Of a stretch of DNA of 40,358 bases, positions 21,901 through 28,604 are shown piece by piece. Each line of letters begins with the position of its first letter. Within the stretch, counting starts at the first letter, position 1. Source of the DNA: a virus (Duplodnaviria; Caudoviricetes); the IMG/VR virus record IMGVR_UViG_3300020440_000032, positions 1 through 40,358 of that record; one strand, 5' to 3'. Under the pieces are notes generated by a model, which saw nothing but the letters and a program-made list of their open reading frames with translations, ran no database searches and was not told the origin of the DNA. Both the position numbers and the translations under genes were made by a program.

Positions 21901-23862
21901 ACAACAGGAGGTACAGCGCCTTTAGAATCAAAAATATATGTAAGCGACGGAAGTACAACTTCTTACGAAATTGGCCAGAATATTATTGAAGACAATTCAT
22001 TATTAGTTTATGTGGATGGAATTAAACAGGTTTTAAATACTGATTATACTGCTACAAATGCTAACATTGAATTTACTACTGCTCCTGTTGTCGATAAAAA
22101 AATAGAAATAATATCTATTGGTATTGGTGGTATTGGGTTATTAGATTACCAACAATTTACAGCAGACGGCGAAACAGGTCTATACTTAACAGATGCTCCG
22201 TACGCATTGACAACTAACATTTTTGTTACAGTAGATGGTGTTGCAAAAGACGCTGTGTTTAGTGATAGTACTGACACAGTCGATACTGCTGGTAGAAGTC
22301 TTGTACAATTTGGTGAGATACCTAATAAAGACAGTATCATCAAAATTGTTGTTTTCCAGGCAAATGAAGATATAGATTCAGGACAAATAGGATTAGTAAG
22401 AGTAAATCAACAAACTACTACAATGACATCTGATAGAATTTATGACTTAGATAATTTTGTACAATTGACCAGAGAAAGTTCTATATCATCTATGGTTGTT
22501 GAGATCAACAATGTTAAATTGAAAGGGGTAGATACAATTTATTCTGTGTATGATGGAGTAACAAATTCATTTACACTTGGACAAGATCCAATTGAGGCAT
22601 CAGGTGCTATTTTATCTGCAAACATCAAAGTATATGTTAATGGAGAAATAAAAACTTTCATTCAAGATTATGTGTATGATGGTACTTCAAAACTTTTAAC
22701 ATTGGTAACAACATCACTGAATGTAGGCGATGTTATTAAGATTGAAAATGACCTGCGTGCAGAATATTCAATCAATGCTAACAGATTACAAATTGCAGAT
22801 ACAGTTACATTCAATGAAGGCGATACTTTAGAAGTAACATGGTTTAGCGAATATCCTAGTATGGAAATATACAGCGATAGAAATACAGGTGGCAAGGTGA
22901 ATTATGAACTTCCTTATGCGCCACTAGGTATTTCATATGTATGGGTATACAAAAATGGTATTAGACTAACCAGAGATAAAGATTACAGTATAAGTTTGCC
23001 AAGAGGTGTCATTTACTTAGAAGTTGAATCAGTAGAAAGTGATACAATTACTATAACGACATTTGGAACTGACATTTATAGATTACCTAGTTCTTATGAA
23101 ATAAGTAAAGACATGCTTAATATCTATAGATACAATAGATATGCAACTGATAAAACAATTACTTTAAGCAAAGATTTAAATTACTTTGACGATAAAATAA
23201 CTTTAACAAATGCTACAAACTTATTTGATCCTGTAGCAAATCGCAATATTGCAGGTGTAGTTGAGATTAATGGAGAAAGAATAGAATATCTAAGTAAAAG
23301 CGGTAATACGCTAAGTCAATTACGTAGAGGTGTAAACGGAACTGCAATTAAAGAGTTACATGCACAAGGTACACTTGTTGCTGACATAGGACCTAACGAA
23401 GTTATTCCTTATTCAGATAACCAAGAAAGAACTGATTTTGTCAGCGATGGAAGTTCCGTATTAATAGGACCATTAGATTTTATTCCTGCTAAAAGCACAG
23501 TAGGAACATGGACTAGAACTACTATACCTGAAGATTATGGTAGATGCGACATAGTAGAAGTATTTGTAGGCGGAGCAAGACTACGTAAAACCCCATTGAC
23601 GGTATATGACGAGACATTAGGGCCTGTAAGCCCAGGCGCAGATAAAGAAATAGAAGCAGAATTTGCTGTAGATGGTGCAAATCCTTATGTAAGGTTAACA
23701 ACAGCACCAGAAGCAGGAACACGTATAACAGTAATTAAAAGGACAGGAAATACATGGTATGATAGAGGCACAACTACTGCAAGTAATGGAGTTACATTAT
23801 TAGATAATAATACTGCAATTAGTAAGTTCATTGCTGCCAAGACTACCAGTTTACCTGAATAA
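9922..23862 (+). CDS. Giant baseplate wedge/adhesin protein (gp7 position) with CBM5/12-like modules, an FG-GAP-like propeller region and GxGY repeats
   Basis: Uninterrupted 4646-aa ORF coupled to gp6 by TAATG. It carries six modules of the form W/Y....Y..GD.V.Y.G.LW.A, FG-GAP-like repeats (FGEELAITSDNEWLIVGSP, FFGSKISV, FGSSLAF, FGYDVDL, FGQSVCI, FGYSVS) and I.I.N.G.GY repeats. Confidence 0.75.
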   Translation: MADKVYPNSQLPIRKSSELLPETFRTETNNKFLSGVVDPLVQPGALDKLSGYVGRRFGKTYNGETVYLDTDNTLRSRYQLEPGVTVENNQVVTKFYDYLDFKNIEKFFANSNERDDKTTFQEHYSWNPPIDWDKFINYREYYWIPAGPPTVAVFGQNQSVQSTYKVNQGVGSSWVFTPDAFTNNPTLTLYRGQTYEFIVNSPGEPFVLRTNYDTGSLNYEPLKTYFPGDLAVFNGKLWRAKEEISPTDGSTIDIDSQDWELIDSDASFNSLIYNDGVTNNSLETGTLTFEVPLNAPDILYYQSATNPNRLGRLIIADIESNTAINVEKEIIGKTYYTSANGIKFSNGMVVEFRGQVESAKYASDTWLVEGVGKAITLIRFSDLIPPNISADTPEILFDNQGFDTQPFDDATLYPANKDYVTINRSSPDLNPWSRYNRWFHRSVLEYAFNYRDDDFDALETARAKRPIIEFHPGIKLHKQGTTAKASVDYVDDYTTDVFSSIEGSTGYSVDGEFLFEGARVLVTADTDTLANNKIYEVNFIVHNGVRQITLKETTDSRPTLNECVLASRGTNNSGKMFYFNGSSWKKSQDKTTVNQEPLFDSFDENGIALDDPLTYPVSSFIGSKIFSYKQGNGPVDTELGISISYQNIDNVGDIQFNWDWETESFTYTINQQAITDYTNKHYYQVNGEYENGWISTQSKYLQPIVDSIKIINATNIIISDIIDFKNYNDTIEIVFYLNGDKLEENYVRVGNQFTFTTQFQPNDIITIKLIGEIIPETGYYEIPVGIEKNPLNEELKSFTLGQATDHVRTALEFDTRFTGVLPGVSNLRDISDFTSNAKRFLKHSGVAASALLMLADKEINIVKSLQYAKKQYSLFKENFIKKSYEVDDTESIPDLVDAIFEELTKTKSSASAFADSDTLGTGAFTKLLYTVEDTGLKTFTLSESFDLDTLSRRAVYVYKNNTQLLHGRDYTFDKQFAYLTLLGDLLEGDTIEIREYVSTAGCHVPPTPTSLGLYKKFTPSKFIDDTYREAQEVIQGHDGSITIAYGDFRDDVLLELEYRIYNNIKQSYDPSVFDIDKNLGGYYKNAVFTKAEFDSIAGQEFLKWVANTNLGYTANTYLKETETFTYTYSNMTTPDGDENLPGYWRGVYKYFYDTDRPHRCPWEMLGFSEKPNWWEEEYGEAPYTSGNLILWEDIRDGIVRQGERAGTYKRYARPSLLRHIPVNEYGELLSPLDSGLATNYTLVNNKGSFKLGDVSPVEYAYRSSVEFPFVVTIALCLLRPFEYIVANFDRSKTKRNIAGQIISKATGIFIKPNELMLPKVGDTDITSGLAFYISSYLKSQGKPVADAQEILSNVNVRLSNRLNGFVDKTQQKYLLDSKSPAAASSSIFIPQENYNIYFNVSSPIQTVSYSGVIFEKTEGGWIVNGYDDVNPFFRIYKSIPNQKDPTISVGGISATFVNWSTDQLYNNGAIVQYRNMFYRAKLTHTSTDNFETDNWTKLPELPIIGAATAQRRKNFNQFATEDISYGTTFNTVQQVVDFLLGYEHYLKSQGFIFENYNADNQAMQDFTTAAKEFMFWTRNEWAVGSLLAVSPGAERIKVTVPVGVVDNLLDSFYEYNVLTDTGEPIDIKNYDVNREFQTFTFSITETSKGLFYLKLNYVLKEHVAIFNDRTVFNDVIFDKPTGYRQERIKVQGFRTVDWDGDYTSPGFLFDNVNIASWQPFSDYKLGDIINYQGVNYTSKRNHTSNEEFNAQNWTVLDSTPEKKLVPNFDFKINQMEDYFDVDTEGLSESQRDLARHTIGYQTRSYLQNLSEDSVTQFRLYQGFIREKGTNNSFTKIFDKLGRTANAGVHLKEEWAFKVGQLGGTDQSKVIELKLDTDNFVLNPQPLLVTNTANSAEVDRYYRINQSDFYLAPLPYTTEINPTTTEKQYLRTAGYVKVDQTKYVVATRDDIINIDINGVLNNDHIWVTFDKQEWTVLRVNFANELPITNIATDKNKVTVTFTKRHNLIVDDFIGFKTFGDIDGFHKITEVTNFTIAFQTANPPSDTGFEPSTITYPILLNNARFKDYDSLDLEQTALLDNTSKLYIDNNGSDKWEVVEKKKQFSAKKITAYGTTDPKNTGKKVLYAETLNQTIASMPGSGLTLVYVEASDGLAVKQILQPTSGFTAAVGNTFGEELAITSDNEWLIVGSPSASGVTSNYQGIFNTFKNYAPNDIVLYEGQLWKAKTSIIGDGSTINVYTEDWEQTFNISALESGTNSGYTNQGMISIYRYSANQWNFVESFVSPRPDGDNFFGSKISVAKTATGYTMAVSAPGLNDTKGRVYIYNYTTSGNWELVQNKDYRGIYEPGGVYPATEITAGRTYTIETLGTTDFLSLGALTNSPGVTFVATGTGSGTGTVSTESYYPKGSIVFYNGNLWKALEDNQGDGSTISIESNDWIKLDEVNTNVSLPTSVSIEDDGSTLASGILSDDQLAELIKEGDKFGSSLAFNNNGSTLIIGAVQADGQYFPNYKGNWQPNYEYMENDVVKYQSSYHKLENIGDTAVGPDSTIRSYNQAPDDGYPWVNVGDSSSESVGKVFVYKINDLGFYSLQQTITAESLSEISDLSEEELISSGDMFGYDVDLDFTGNTLVITSPKADKNFQNQGSAYIFKYESDSTQQRYRLKQKIESYGIYPNEYFGQSVCITNNSSQIVIGANNTGYNLPIRFDTSTTTFDQVNTTFTTYGGYSGAVYVFNLKGNRYLLTEKLEDDLSTNESFGYSVSCTNDVIVVGSPQYIAPVAHGPTLDFTGPVVGMVRIFRKDSSVRSLEVIGSEPDKIDLKRIKRISLYNENGDKKIQDLEAIDPAKLRILAAADREIEYKTLYDPATYNVGTDDVVVDSTVAWFDKNVGKLWWNINTVKWVDYEQADTSYRLANWGAQAVGSNVDVYEWVESKLLPSEWSVLADTTEGLDLGVSGQPLYADDTVYSVKEFLNVNTGLVTETKYYFWVKNKVTVPKNMIGRQISAAEVAALINNPSTVGNTYVALADKDKIFFYNYKNIVSDNISILNLEYYNTSNKNNAAHNEFLLLTEGDENSVPNKRLEKKWIDSLVGYDSQGNRVPDTNLPEKQKYGIQFRPRQSMFVNRKQILKQTIESVNTILLEQAFANTINFSNLNLVDPEPAEVLYLYDVKVESVVDLENVGTVRVKQAKLTANIVDNVITSINIVDPGFGYKPQQLFDTEAPGVYPGPAVTLQGDGIGGEVITHIDNQGRIVAAVVVNGGKNYTTVNLVVRQFSVLVESDSTAGNYWSIYAWDDVRKTFYRSASQAFDTTKYWNYIDWWKTGYGETSSITKEILDVSEEPSITVQVGALIRIKEYGSGGWAVFEKVTDNSDLPLGNYTLVGRKQGTIQLSDNLYNLQTSGIGYDNTVNFDTGLYDLEPTAELRNIFAAIKDNIFVGDYKIQWNKIFFNSVRYVLHEQIYVDWLFKSSFLKAIHNVGNLKVIPNYSNDNLESFQQYIEEVKPYRTTIREYVSRYDQLEGNGVATNDFDLPSVYSDSAGKIITVDQFSPLVQQQPWKTWFDNKGYSITEIVIANGGSGYTSPPNVVIEGNGSGATAKAFISNGKVTGVQIQNKGKGYTSIPTVNLVGGNGASIYNAIAVAYLGEGTTRSFELKVKFDRIAKEGLFTSFTDSQTFTATGTTAVFDLRYAPTVDKTKISITKNNQTVLGSDYSVSVFTKNVDGYSFVQGRIILNTAPEAGDVITINYSKNDELLDSVNRINKYYNPTEGMKGKELNQLMTGIDFGGVQIQGTTFDVTGGWDALPWFSDSWDSVESSADFYIVADGSTNEITLPYVPSEGQEINIYLKRAGEATLPSIENLQYSETVKNPPIIRIDDPYYGGDDNSSLITNKNAVMPTFIGDGSTSVIDIGSYVKTNDGDILIFRPVESDGAVTITDPNIVDTNLTGGTLSAIDGAYATATGLTVEEIKITGGQYIGPEQVPSPEENIPGQVLDNLSIKVFQSTTGGTAPLESKIYVSDGSTTSYEIGQNIIEDNSLLVYVDGIKQVLNTDYTATNANIEFTTAPVVDKKIEIISIGIGGIGLLDYQQFTADGETGLYLTDAPYALTTNIFVTVDGVAKDAVFSDSTDTVDTAGRSLVQFGEIPNKDSIIKIVVFQANEDIDSGQIGLVRVNQQTTTMTSDRIYDLDNFVQLTRESSISSMVVEINNVKLKGVDTIYSVYDGVTNSFTLGQDPIEASGAILSANIKVYVNGEIKTFIQDYVYDGTSKLLTLVTTSLNVGDVIKIENDLRAEYSINANRLQIADTVTFNEGDTLEVTWFSEYPSMEIYSDRNTGGKVNYELPYAPLGISYVWVYKNGIRLTRDKDYSISLPRGVIYLEVESVESDTITITTFGTDIYRLPSSYEISKDMLNIYRYNRYATDKTITLSKDLNYFDDKITLTNATNLFDPVANRNIAGVVEINGERIEYLSKSGNTLSQLRRGVNGTAIKELHAQGTLVADIGPNEVIPYSDNQERTDFVSDGSSVLIGPLDFIPAKSTVGTWTRTTIPEDYGRCDIVEVFVGGARLRKTPLTVYDETLGPVSPGADKEIEAEFAVDGANPYVRLTTAPEAGTRITVIKRTGNTWYDRGTTTASNGVTLLDNNTAISKFIAAKTTSLPE

Positions 23863-23865
23863 ATA
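23860..23865 (+). promoter_or_regulatory. T4-type late promoter core overlapping the stop codon of the giant gene
   Basis: GAATAAATA, in which the TAA stop (23860-23862) is the first half of TAAATA. Confidence 0.55.
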
Positions 23866-23869
23866 CACT

Positions 23870-24538
23870 ATGAAACACGAAGAGAACAATATGCCAGATA
23901 ACCAAAAACAAGTACAAGAAGTCAAAAAACCTACGGTAAACGAAACCGGTGGCTTTCATTTTGAAGGACATATTAAGATATTTGACCCTGAATCAGGAGA
24001 AGTTTTCCAAGATAAAAGGAACGCAATTCACTATGAAAACATGAGTGTTGCAATGGTACAAGCGTTATCAAACCAAGGTTTAGGTACAATATTTGAAATG
24101 GCATTTGGCAGTGGTGGTACTTCAGTTGATCCTACAGGTTTAATTACATATTTGACACCAAATACTGTAGGAATAAATTCAAGTTTATATAATCAAACAT
24201 ATACAAAGGTTGTAGATCAGAATGCTATTTCAAATGCTGATCCAACTAGAAATAAAATGGAAGTTAGACACATTAGTGGTGCTACTTATAGTGATATTAT
24301 TATATCATGTTTACTTGATTATGGCGAGCCAGACGATCAAGAAGCATTTGATAACAGTGTTAACCTAGATGGTAATTTTGTTTTTGACGAATTAGGTATT
24401 AAATCATACAATCCTACAGGAGACGGTAAACTTTTGACACACGTTATCTTCCATCCTGTGCAAAAATCACTAAACAGATTGCTTCAAATTGATTATACAA
24501 TTAGAATACAAAGTTTAACAGGTTTTAATGAGGGATAA
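23870..24538 (+). CDS. Conserved virion structural protein, probably for baseplate-fibre attachment (start ATG 23870 or 23891)
   Basis: Lies between the wedge and the fibres. EGHIKIFD...FEMAFGSGG...FDELGIKS...LLTHVIFHPVQKSLNRLLQIDYTIRI resembles the DUF3751/P2 gpH N-terminal-like fold. The TTG start at 23831 is disfavoured. Confidence 0.6.
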   Translation: MKHEENNMPDNQKQVQEVKKPTVNETGGFHFEGHIKIFDPESGEVFQDKRNAIHYENMSVAMVQALSNQGLGTIFEMAFGSGGTSVDPTGLITYLTPNTVGINSSLYNQTYTKVVDQNAISNADPTRNKMEVRHISGATYSDIIISCLLDYGEPDDQEAFDNSVNLDGNFVFDELGIKSYNPTGDGKLLTHVIFHPVQKSLNRLLQIDYTIRIQSLTGFNEG

Positions 24539-24541
24539 TAG

Positions 24542-26683
24542 ATGCCATATATTGTAAATTTTACCGATAGAGACAACAAATCCCCAATTACTGTTTTTGA
24601 TAATACATCAAGTAATGATACATCATTAACTTTTCCAGGTAGAAACGTTACAGGTTACGGTCAGATAATTGCTGAAAACTTTTTATCTTTACTAGAAAAT
24701 TTTGCTAGTGCGAGCCAACCAGTTAATCCAGTAGAAGGTCAGTTATGGTATGACACAACAAACGGCGTTTTACAATTATATGATAATACAAGTTGGAAGG
24801 CTGCTTCTAATATTCAAAAAGGACCAACAGAACCTAGTGTACAAACCAGTAAGGTTGGAGAACTTTGGGTTGATACAACAAACCAGCAGTTAAGAATTTA
24901 TACAGGTAGCAGATGGCTTTTAGTTGGACCTAGTGAAAGTTCAATAGACGGTAAAAGATATGGTCCAGCAGTAGAAAAAATTGTTGACCAGGATAACTTT
25001 GACAAAAATGTTTTAACATTTTACATCGCAGATACACCTGTTGTTATTTTATCAAGAGATTCGTTTACACCTAAGATTGAAATTAAAGGGTTTGATCAAA
25101 TAAAATCAGGACTTAATATTGCAACGCCTGCAAACGCTGCTGAAGAAGCAGAGTTTTCTACAATATTTTTAGGAGGAGCTCTTCCTAAACTTATAGGAAC
25201 CGCAAAAAATGCAGATGCATTAAATGTTGGTGGTACAGAAGTAGCAGCAGGAAAGTTTTTAAGAAGTGATACTACCAATACAACTGAACAAGGTTTTAAT
25301 GTAAGAAGTAATACAGGTATTACAATTGGATTAGACGGAAACTTTCAATTAACTACATCTGCAACATCTTCTAAAATTTATAACAGTGCAGCAGGCAGTT
25401 CAATAGATTTACAAATTAACAGAAACGGCATACCAGATACTATCCTTAGAGTAATTGACGATAAAGTTGGTATTAATATTGCTGCTCCTAACAATGCTTT
25501 AGACGTAGGTGGCGATATAGGACTTACAGGAAGTATAATTGTTTCAAATACCAACGATGCAATTAACTTAGATACTGGCGCTATACGTACAGCAGGTGGT
25601 GTTTCCATTAAGAAAACACTAAGAGTCGGCCAAGGATTAAACGTTACAGGACAAATTTCATCTACAAACATCTATCCATCCGCAGATGAAGTTTATGACC
25701 TAGGTGCTGATGCACTTAGATGGCGCAATGTTAAAGCAAAGAAGATTATTGCAGACGAAATTGAAGGTACAATCAGTGGTAACATCACAGGTAATGCTAA
25801 CACAGCAACAAACTTAAAAAATCCTACAAGTTTTACAATAGCAGGCGACATTGTATCGAGCGGATTTACGTTTGACGGTATTGGCGATGCTAAAGTTTTT
25901 AATACACAGTTGACAGCCAACATTATTACAAGTAAAGATCAACCTCTTCCTAATGTTTCAAGCGAAGATGACCAAATACTTGTTTATAGAGCAAATCCTA
26001 CAACAGGAAGCACGTCAACAGGACTATTAAAACAGGACAGAGATACGTTTGTCGGTGACTTAGGTGTACCGATTGGTGGTATACTTCCATTTGCAGGTCC
26101 TAATGTACCATACGGGTATCTATTGTGTGACGGCGGCGAAGTTGAAATAGCAAAATTTAGAACATTATATGACATTATAGGAACAACTTATAACGGTACA
26201 GCAACATTAAATGGTGCAGTAGGAAAAACTTTTAGAGTACCAGACTTGAGAGGTAGATTTGCACTTGGACGTCATAACATGGATAACAATATTACAGTTC
26301 CAAACGATGTAGGTGGCTTTGTTGACAACGGTGGCGGCTCGCCAGTACCTGCAAGAATTAGTGGTACTGAGCCAGAAACACTATCAGCATCAAGCGGTAG
26401 TAGTTCTGTTACATTAAATCTTTCTAATTTACCTGACCATACACACAGTATGGTTCAAGATGGCGAACAATTTTATGGTGTACGAGTTGATACTGCTCCA
26501 ACAGTAAGTTCTATATCAGGCAGAGGACCAAATAACCCAGGTGAAGCACAATACCTTCCAGATTCAGGACCAATTAAAACTCCTACAGGAACAACTTTAA
26601 GTTCACCAGTTGGTATTATGAACCCATACCTAACAATAAATTATATTATTAGATCAGGTCCGCCTGCATTTACAACTACATAG
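24542..26683 (+). CDS. Tail fibre protein with a phage tail-collar domain (gp12-like short fibre)
   Basis: 713 aa with the shared fibre N-terminus (GRNVTGYGQIIAENFLSLLENFA...GQLWYD). Collar motif VPIGGILPFAG..VPYGYLLCDG...FRVPDLRGRFALG at ~26066-26270, followed by LPDHTH and NPYLTINYIIR. Confidence 0.88.
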   Translation: MPYIVNFTDRDNKSPITVFDNTSSNDTSLTFPGRNVTGYGQIIAENFLSLLENFASASQPVNPVEGQLWYDTTNGVLQLYDNTSWKAASNIQKGPTEPSVQTSKVGELWVDTTNQQLRIYTGSRWLLVGPSESSIDGKRYGPAVEKIVDQDNFDKNVLTFYIADTPVVILSRDSFTPKIEIKGFDQIKSGLNIATPANAAEEAEFSTIFLGGALPKLIGTAKNADALNVGGTEVAAGKFLRSDTTNTTEQGFNVRSNTGITIGLDGNFQLTTSATSSKIYNSAAGSSIDLQINRNGIPDTILRVIDDKVGINIAAPNNALDVGGDIGLTGSIIVSNTNDAINLDTGAIRTAGGVSIKKTLRVGQGLNVTGQISSTNIYPSADEVYDLGADALRWRNVKAKKIIADEIEGTISGNITGNANTATNLKNPTSFTIAGDIVSSGFTFDGIGDAKVFNTQLTANIITSKDQPLPNVSSEDDQILVYRANPTTGSTSTGLLKQDRDTFVGDLGVPIGGILPFAGPNVPYGYLLCDGGEVEIAKFRTLYDIIGTTYNGTATLNGAVGKTFRVPDLRGRFALGRHNMDNNITVPNDVGGFVDNGGGSPVPARISGTEPETLSASSGSSSVTLNLSNLPDHTHSMVQDGEQFYGVRVDTAPTVSSISGRGPNNPGEAQYLPDSGPIKTPTGTTLSSPVGIMNPYLTINYIIRSGPPAFTTT

Positions 26684-26692
26684 GAATAAAGA

Positions 26693-28588
26693 ATGGCATA
26701 TCAAGTTAATAAAACAGACGGAACAATTGTAGCAACAGTTGCCGACGGCCAAATAGATACTTTATCTACTGATCTAACGCTGATAGGAAAAAACTACAGT
26801 GGCTTCGGCGAATCATTAAATGAAAATTTTATTAAGTTGCTTGAAAATTTTTCAAGCACAACACAACCAGGCAATCCTATAAAAGGACAAATTTGGTTTG
26901 ATGGTACAGAAAATAAATTAAAAGTTTACAGTGGTACAGCCTTTGTGCCTGTAAGTAGTGCTACAATTAGTAATACACAACCTTCAACTTTAGGTGTTGG
27001 TGATTTATGGTTCAATGATACAAATAAACAATTATACTTTTTTGATGGTACAAATACAATTCTTTTAGGTCCTGACTACTCGGAACTACAAGGTCTTAGT
27101 GGAATACAAGTCACTAGTATACTTGACACACTTAACCAAACACGTGTTATAACAAGTTTATATAATAACGGAATACTATTAGGAATATTTTCTAAAGATT
27201 CTTTCACACCTAAAAATGCAATTGAAGGATATACAGGAAGTATAGAACCTGGTTTTAACCAAGGTACTCTTGCAGATATGAAATTTGATGTTACTGCAAC
27301 AAATGCAGACAAACTAGGCACAATTGATGCTGCCACATATGCAAGAAGAGATACTTCTAATCAGTTTGCAGGACAAATTAGAATTAATACAGATTTAGGT
27401 ATTGTGTTTGGTGCAGGAGACCAAGGTAATATTACAGTTTCAGATGGTAACTTGTTCCTGTCTAACACAGCATCAGATAAAGGAATTGTATTCAATGTTA
27501 GAAAAGGTATTGTACAAGAAGAAGCACTAAGGATTGATTCAACTGATAGAAAATTAACTGTATTTGAATCATTTCCAACAAGTGAAGCAGTATTTGGCGG
27601 CAGCGTTGAGATTAAAGGTAATACTACTATTAGAGGACAGTTAACAATTGAGGATGGAGACATTCTCAGTCTTAACACACAAAACCTAGTTGTTGAAAAC
27701 AAGCAAATTGAATTAGCAAACACAGGCGATACTGCAACAAACTCAGATACAGTTGCAGATGGTGGCGGTATAGTTCTTAAAGGACCAGCAGGAAATATTG
27801 ATCATGTCCTACTTTGGAGTAATTTAGGATTAGCAGCAACAACAAGAACACCTGATCTTGCAGCACAAGCATGGACAAGTTCAGAACATATAAATCTTGC
27901 TACAGGAAAAGCATTTAAAATTGATGGTGTAACAGTGCTAGATGGATCAAGTTTAGGCGCAGGCATTACTGCAATTCCTGGTGTTACTTCTTTTGGTACA
28001 CAGAACATTGTTAACATTGGTTCTAGTCCGCCTACATCAGATTTTAAATTAGAAACAGATTCAGGAAGCAGCAAACCAAGAATTACAACTCTTCTTTCAG
28101 ATGCTGATTTAGAAATAGCACCAGACGGAACAGGTAATGTTGCTTTAATAGGTTCTCCAAAGATTACTGGATTAGGGGATCCTACAGATCCGCAAGATGC
28201 TGCATCGAAAGAATATGTTGATGATACTATTGAAACTAGAAGTCTTGCATTTAGCATGGATTTGTCAGATGGTAAGCCAAACAGTTACATCTCAGGTACA
28301 ATACTAACACAGTTAGCACCACCTGCAGATTTTAGAAATGGTACACTTGCTAGAATATTGTGTACAACTTTAAGCAACAGTACAACAAGTTTAGAAATAA
28401 ATCCTTTGAGAGCAGAAACAAGAGATGATTTCAATTTAACAAGTGGCGGTTCTGCATCAGCATTACAACAAATGGCATTTAACACAGCGACTATTGCTGC
28501 ACCAGCAGTTACAACTTTGAGAATAATTAAAACTTTCCAAATTGTAGCAGGTGCTTGGTCGTTTGTAAGTGAAGTGTCGTTACCATAG
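26693..28588 (+). CDS. Tail fibre/baseplate-attached fibre protein, paralog 2
   Basis: 631 aa. N-terminus MAYQVNKTDG...LIGKNYSGFGESLNENFIKLLENF...GQIWFD, plus the fibre motif DPTDPQDAASKEYVD. Confidence 0.75.
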   Translation: MAYQVNKTDGTIVATVADGQIDTLSTDLTLIGKNYSGFGESLNENFIKLLENFSSTTQPGNPIKGQIWFDGTENKLKVYSGTAFVPVSSATISNTQPSTLGVGDLWFNDTNKQLYFFDGTNTILLGPDYSELQGLSGIQVTSILDTLNQTRVITSLYNNGILLGIFSKDSFTPKNAIEGYTGSIEPGFNQGTLADMKFDVTATNADKLGTIDAATYARRDTSNQFAGQIRINTDLGIVFGAGDQGNITVSDGNLFLSNTASDKGIVFNVRKGIVQEEALRIDSTDRKLTVFESFPTSEAVFGGSVEIKGNTTIRGQLTIEDGDILSLNTQNLVVENKQIELANTGDTATNSDTVADGGGIVLKGPAGNIDHVLLWSNLGLAATTRTPDLAAQAWTSSEHINLATGKAFKIDGVTVLDGSSLGAGITAIPGVTSFGTQNIVNIGSSPPTSDFKLETDSGSSKPRITTLLSDADLEIAPDGTGNVALIGSPKITGLGDPTDPQDAASKEYVDDTIETRSLAFSMDLSDGKPNSYISGTILTQLAPPADFRNGTLARILCTTLSNSTTSLEINPLRAETRDDFNLTSGGSASALQQMAFNTATIAAPAVTTLRIIKTFQIVAGAWSFVSEVSLP

Positions 28589-28604
28589 GTAATTAGGAGC
28601 GAGT

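Noticed and set aside
9922-23862. Intein, intron or missed frameshift explaining the giant ORF
   Set aside because: No Hint or LAGLIDADG motifs were recognised. The frame is continuous and the length is accounted for by repeated structural modules.
23831-23869. TTG start given by the ORF track for the 235-aa ORF
   Set aside because: It overlaps the giant gene's 3' end and lies upstream of the TAAATA core; ATG 23870 or 23891 fits better.
26321-26344. Small inverted repeats GTTG-A-CAAC and TGGCG-GCT-CGCCA in fibre 1
   Set aside because: Short isolated stems with different loops, explainable by Gly-rich codons and chance.
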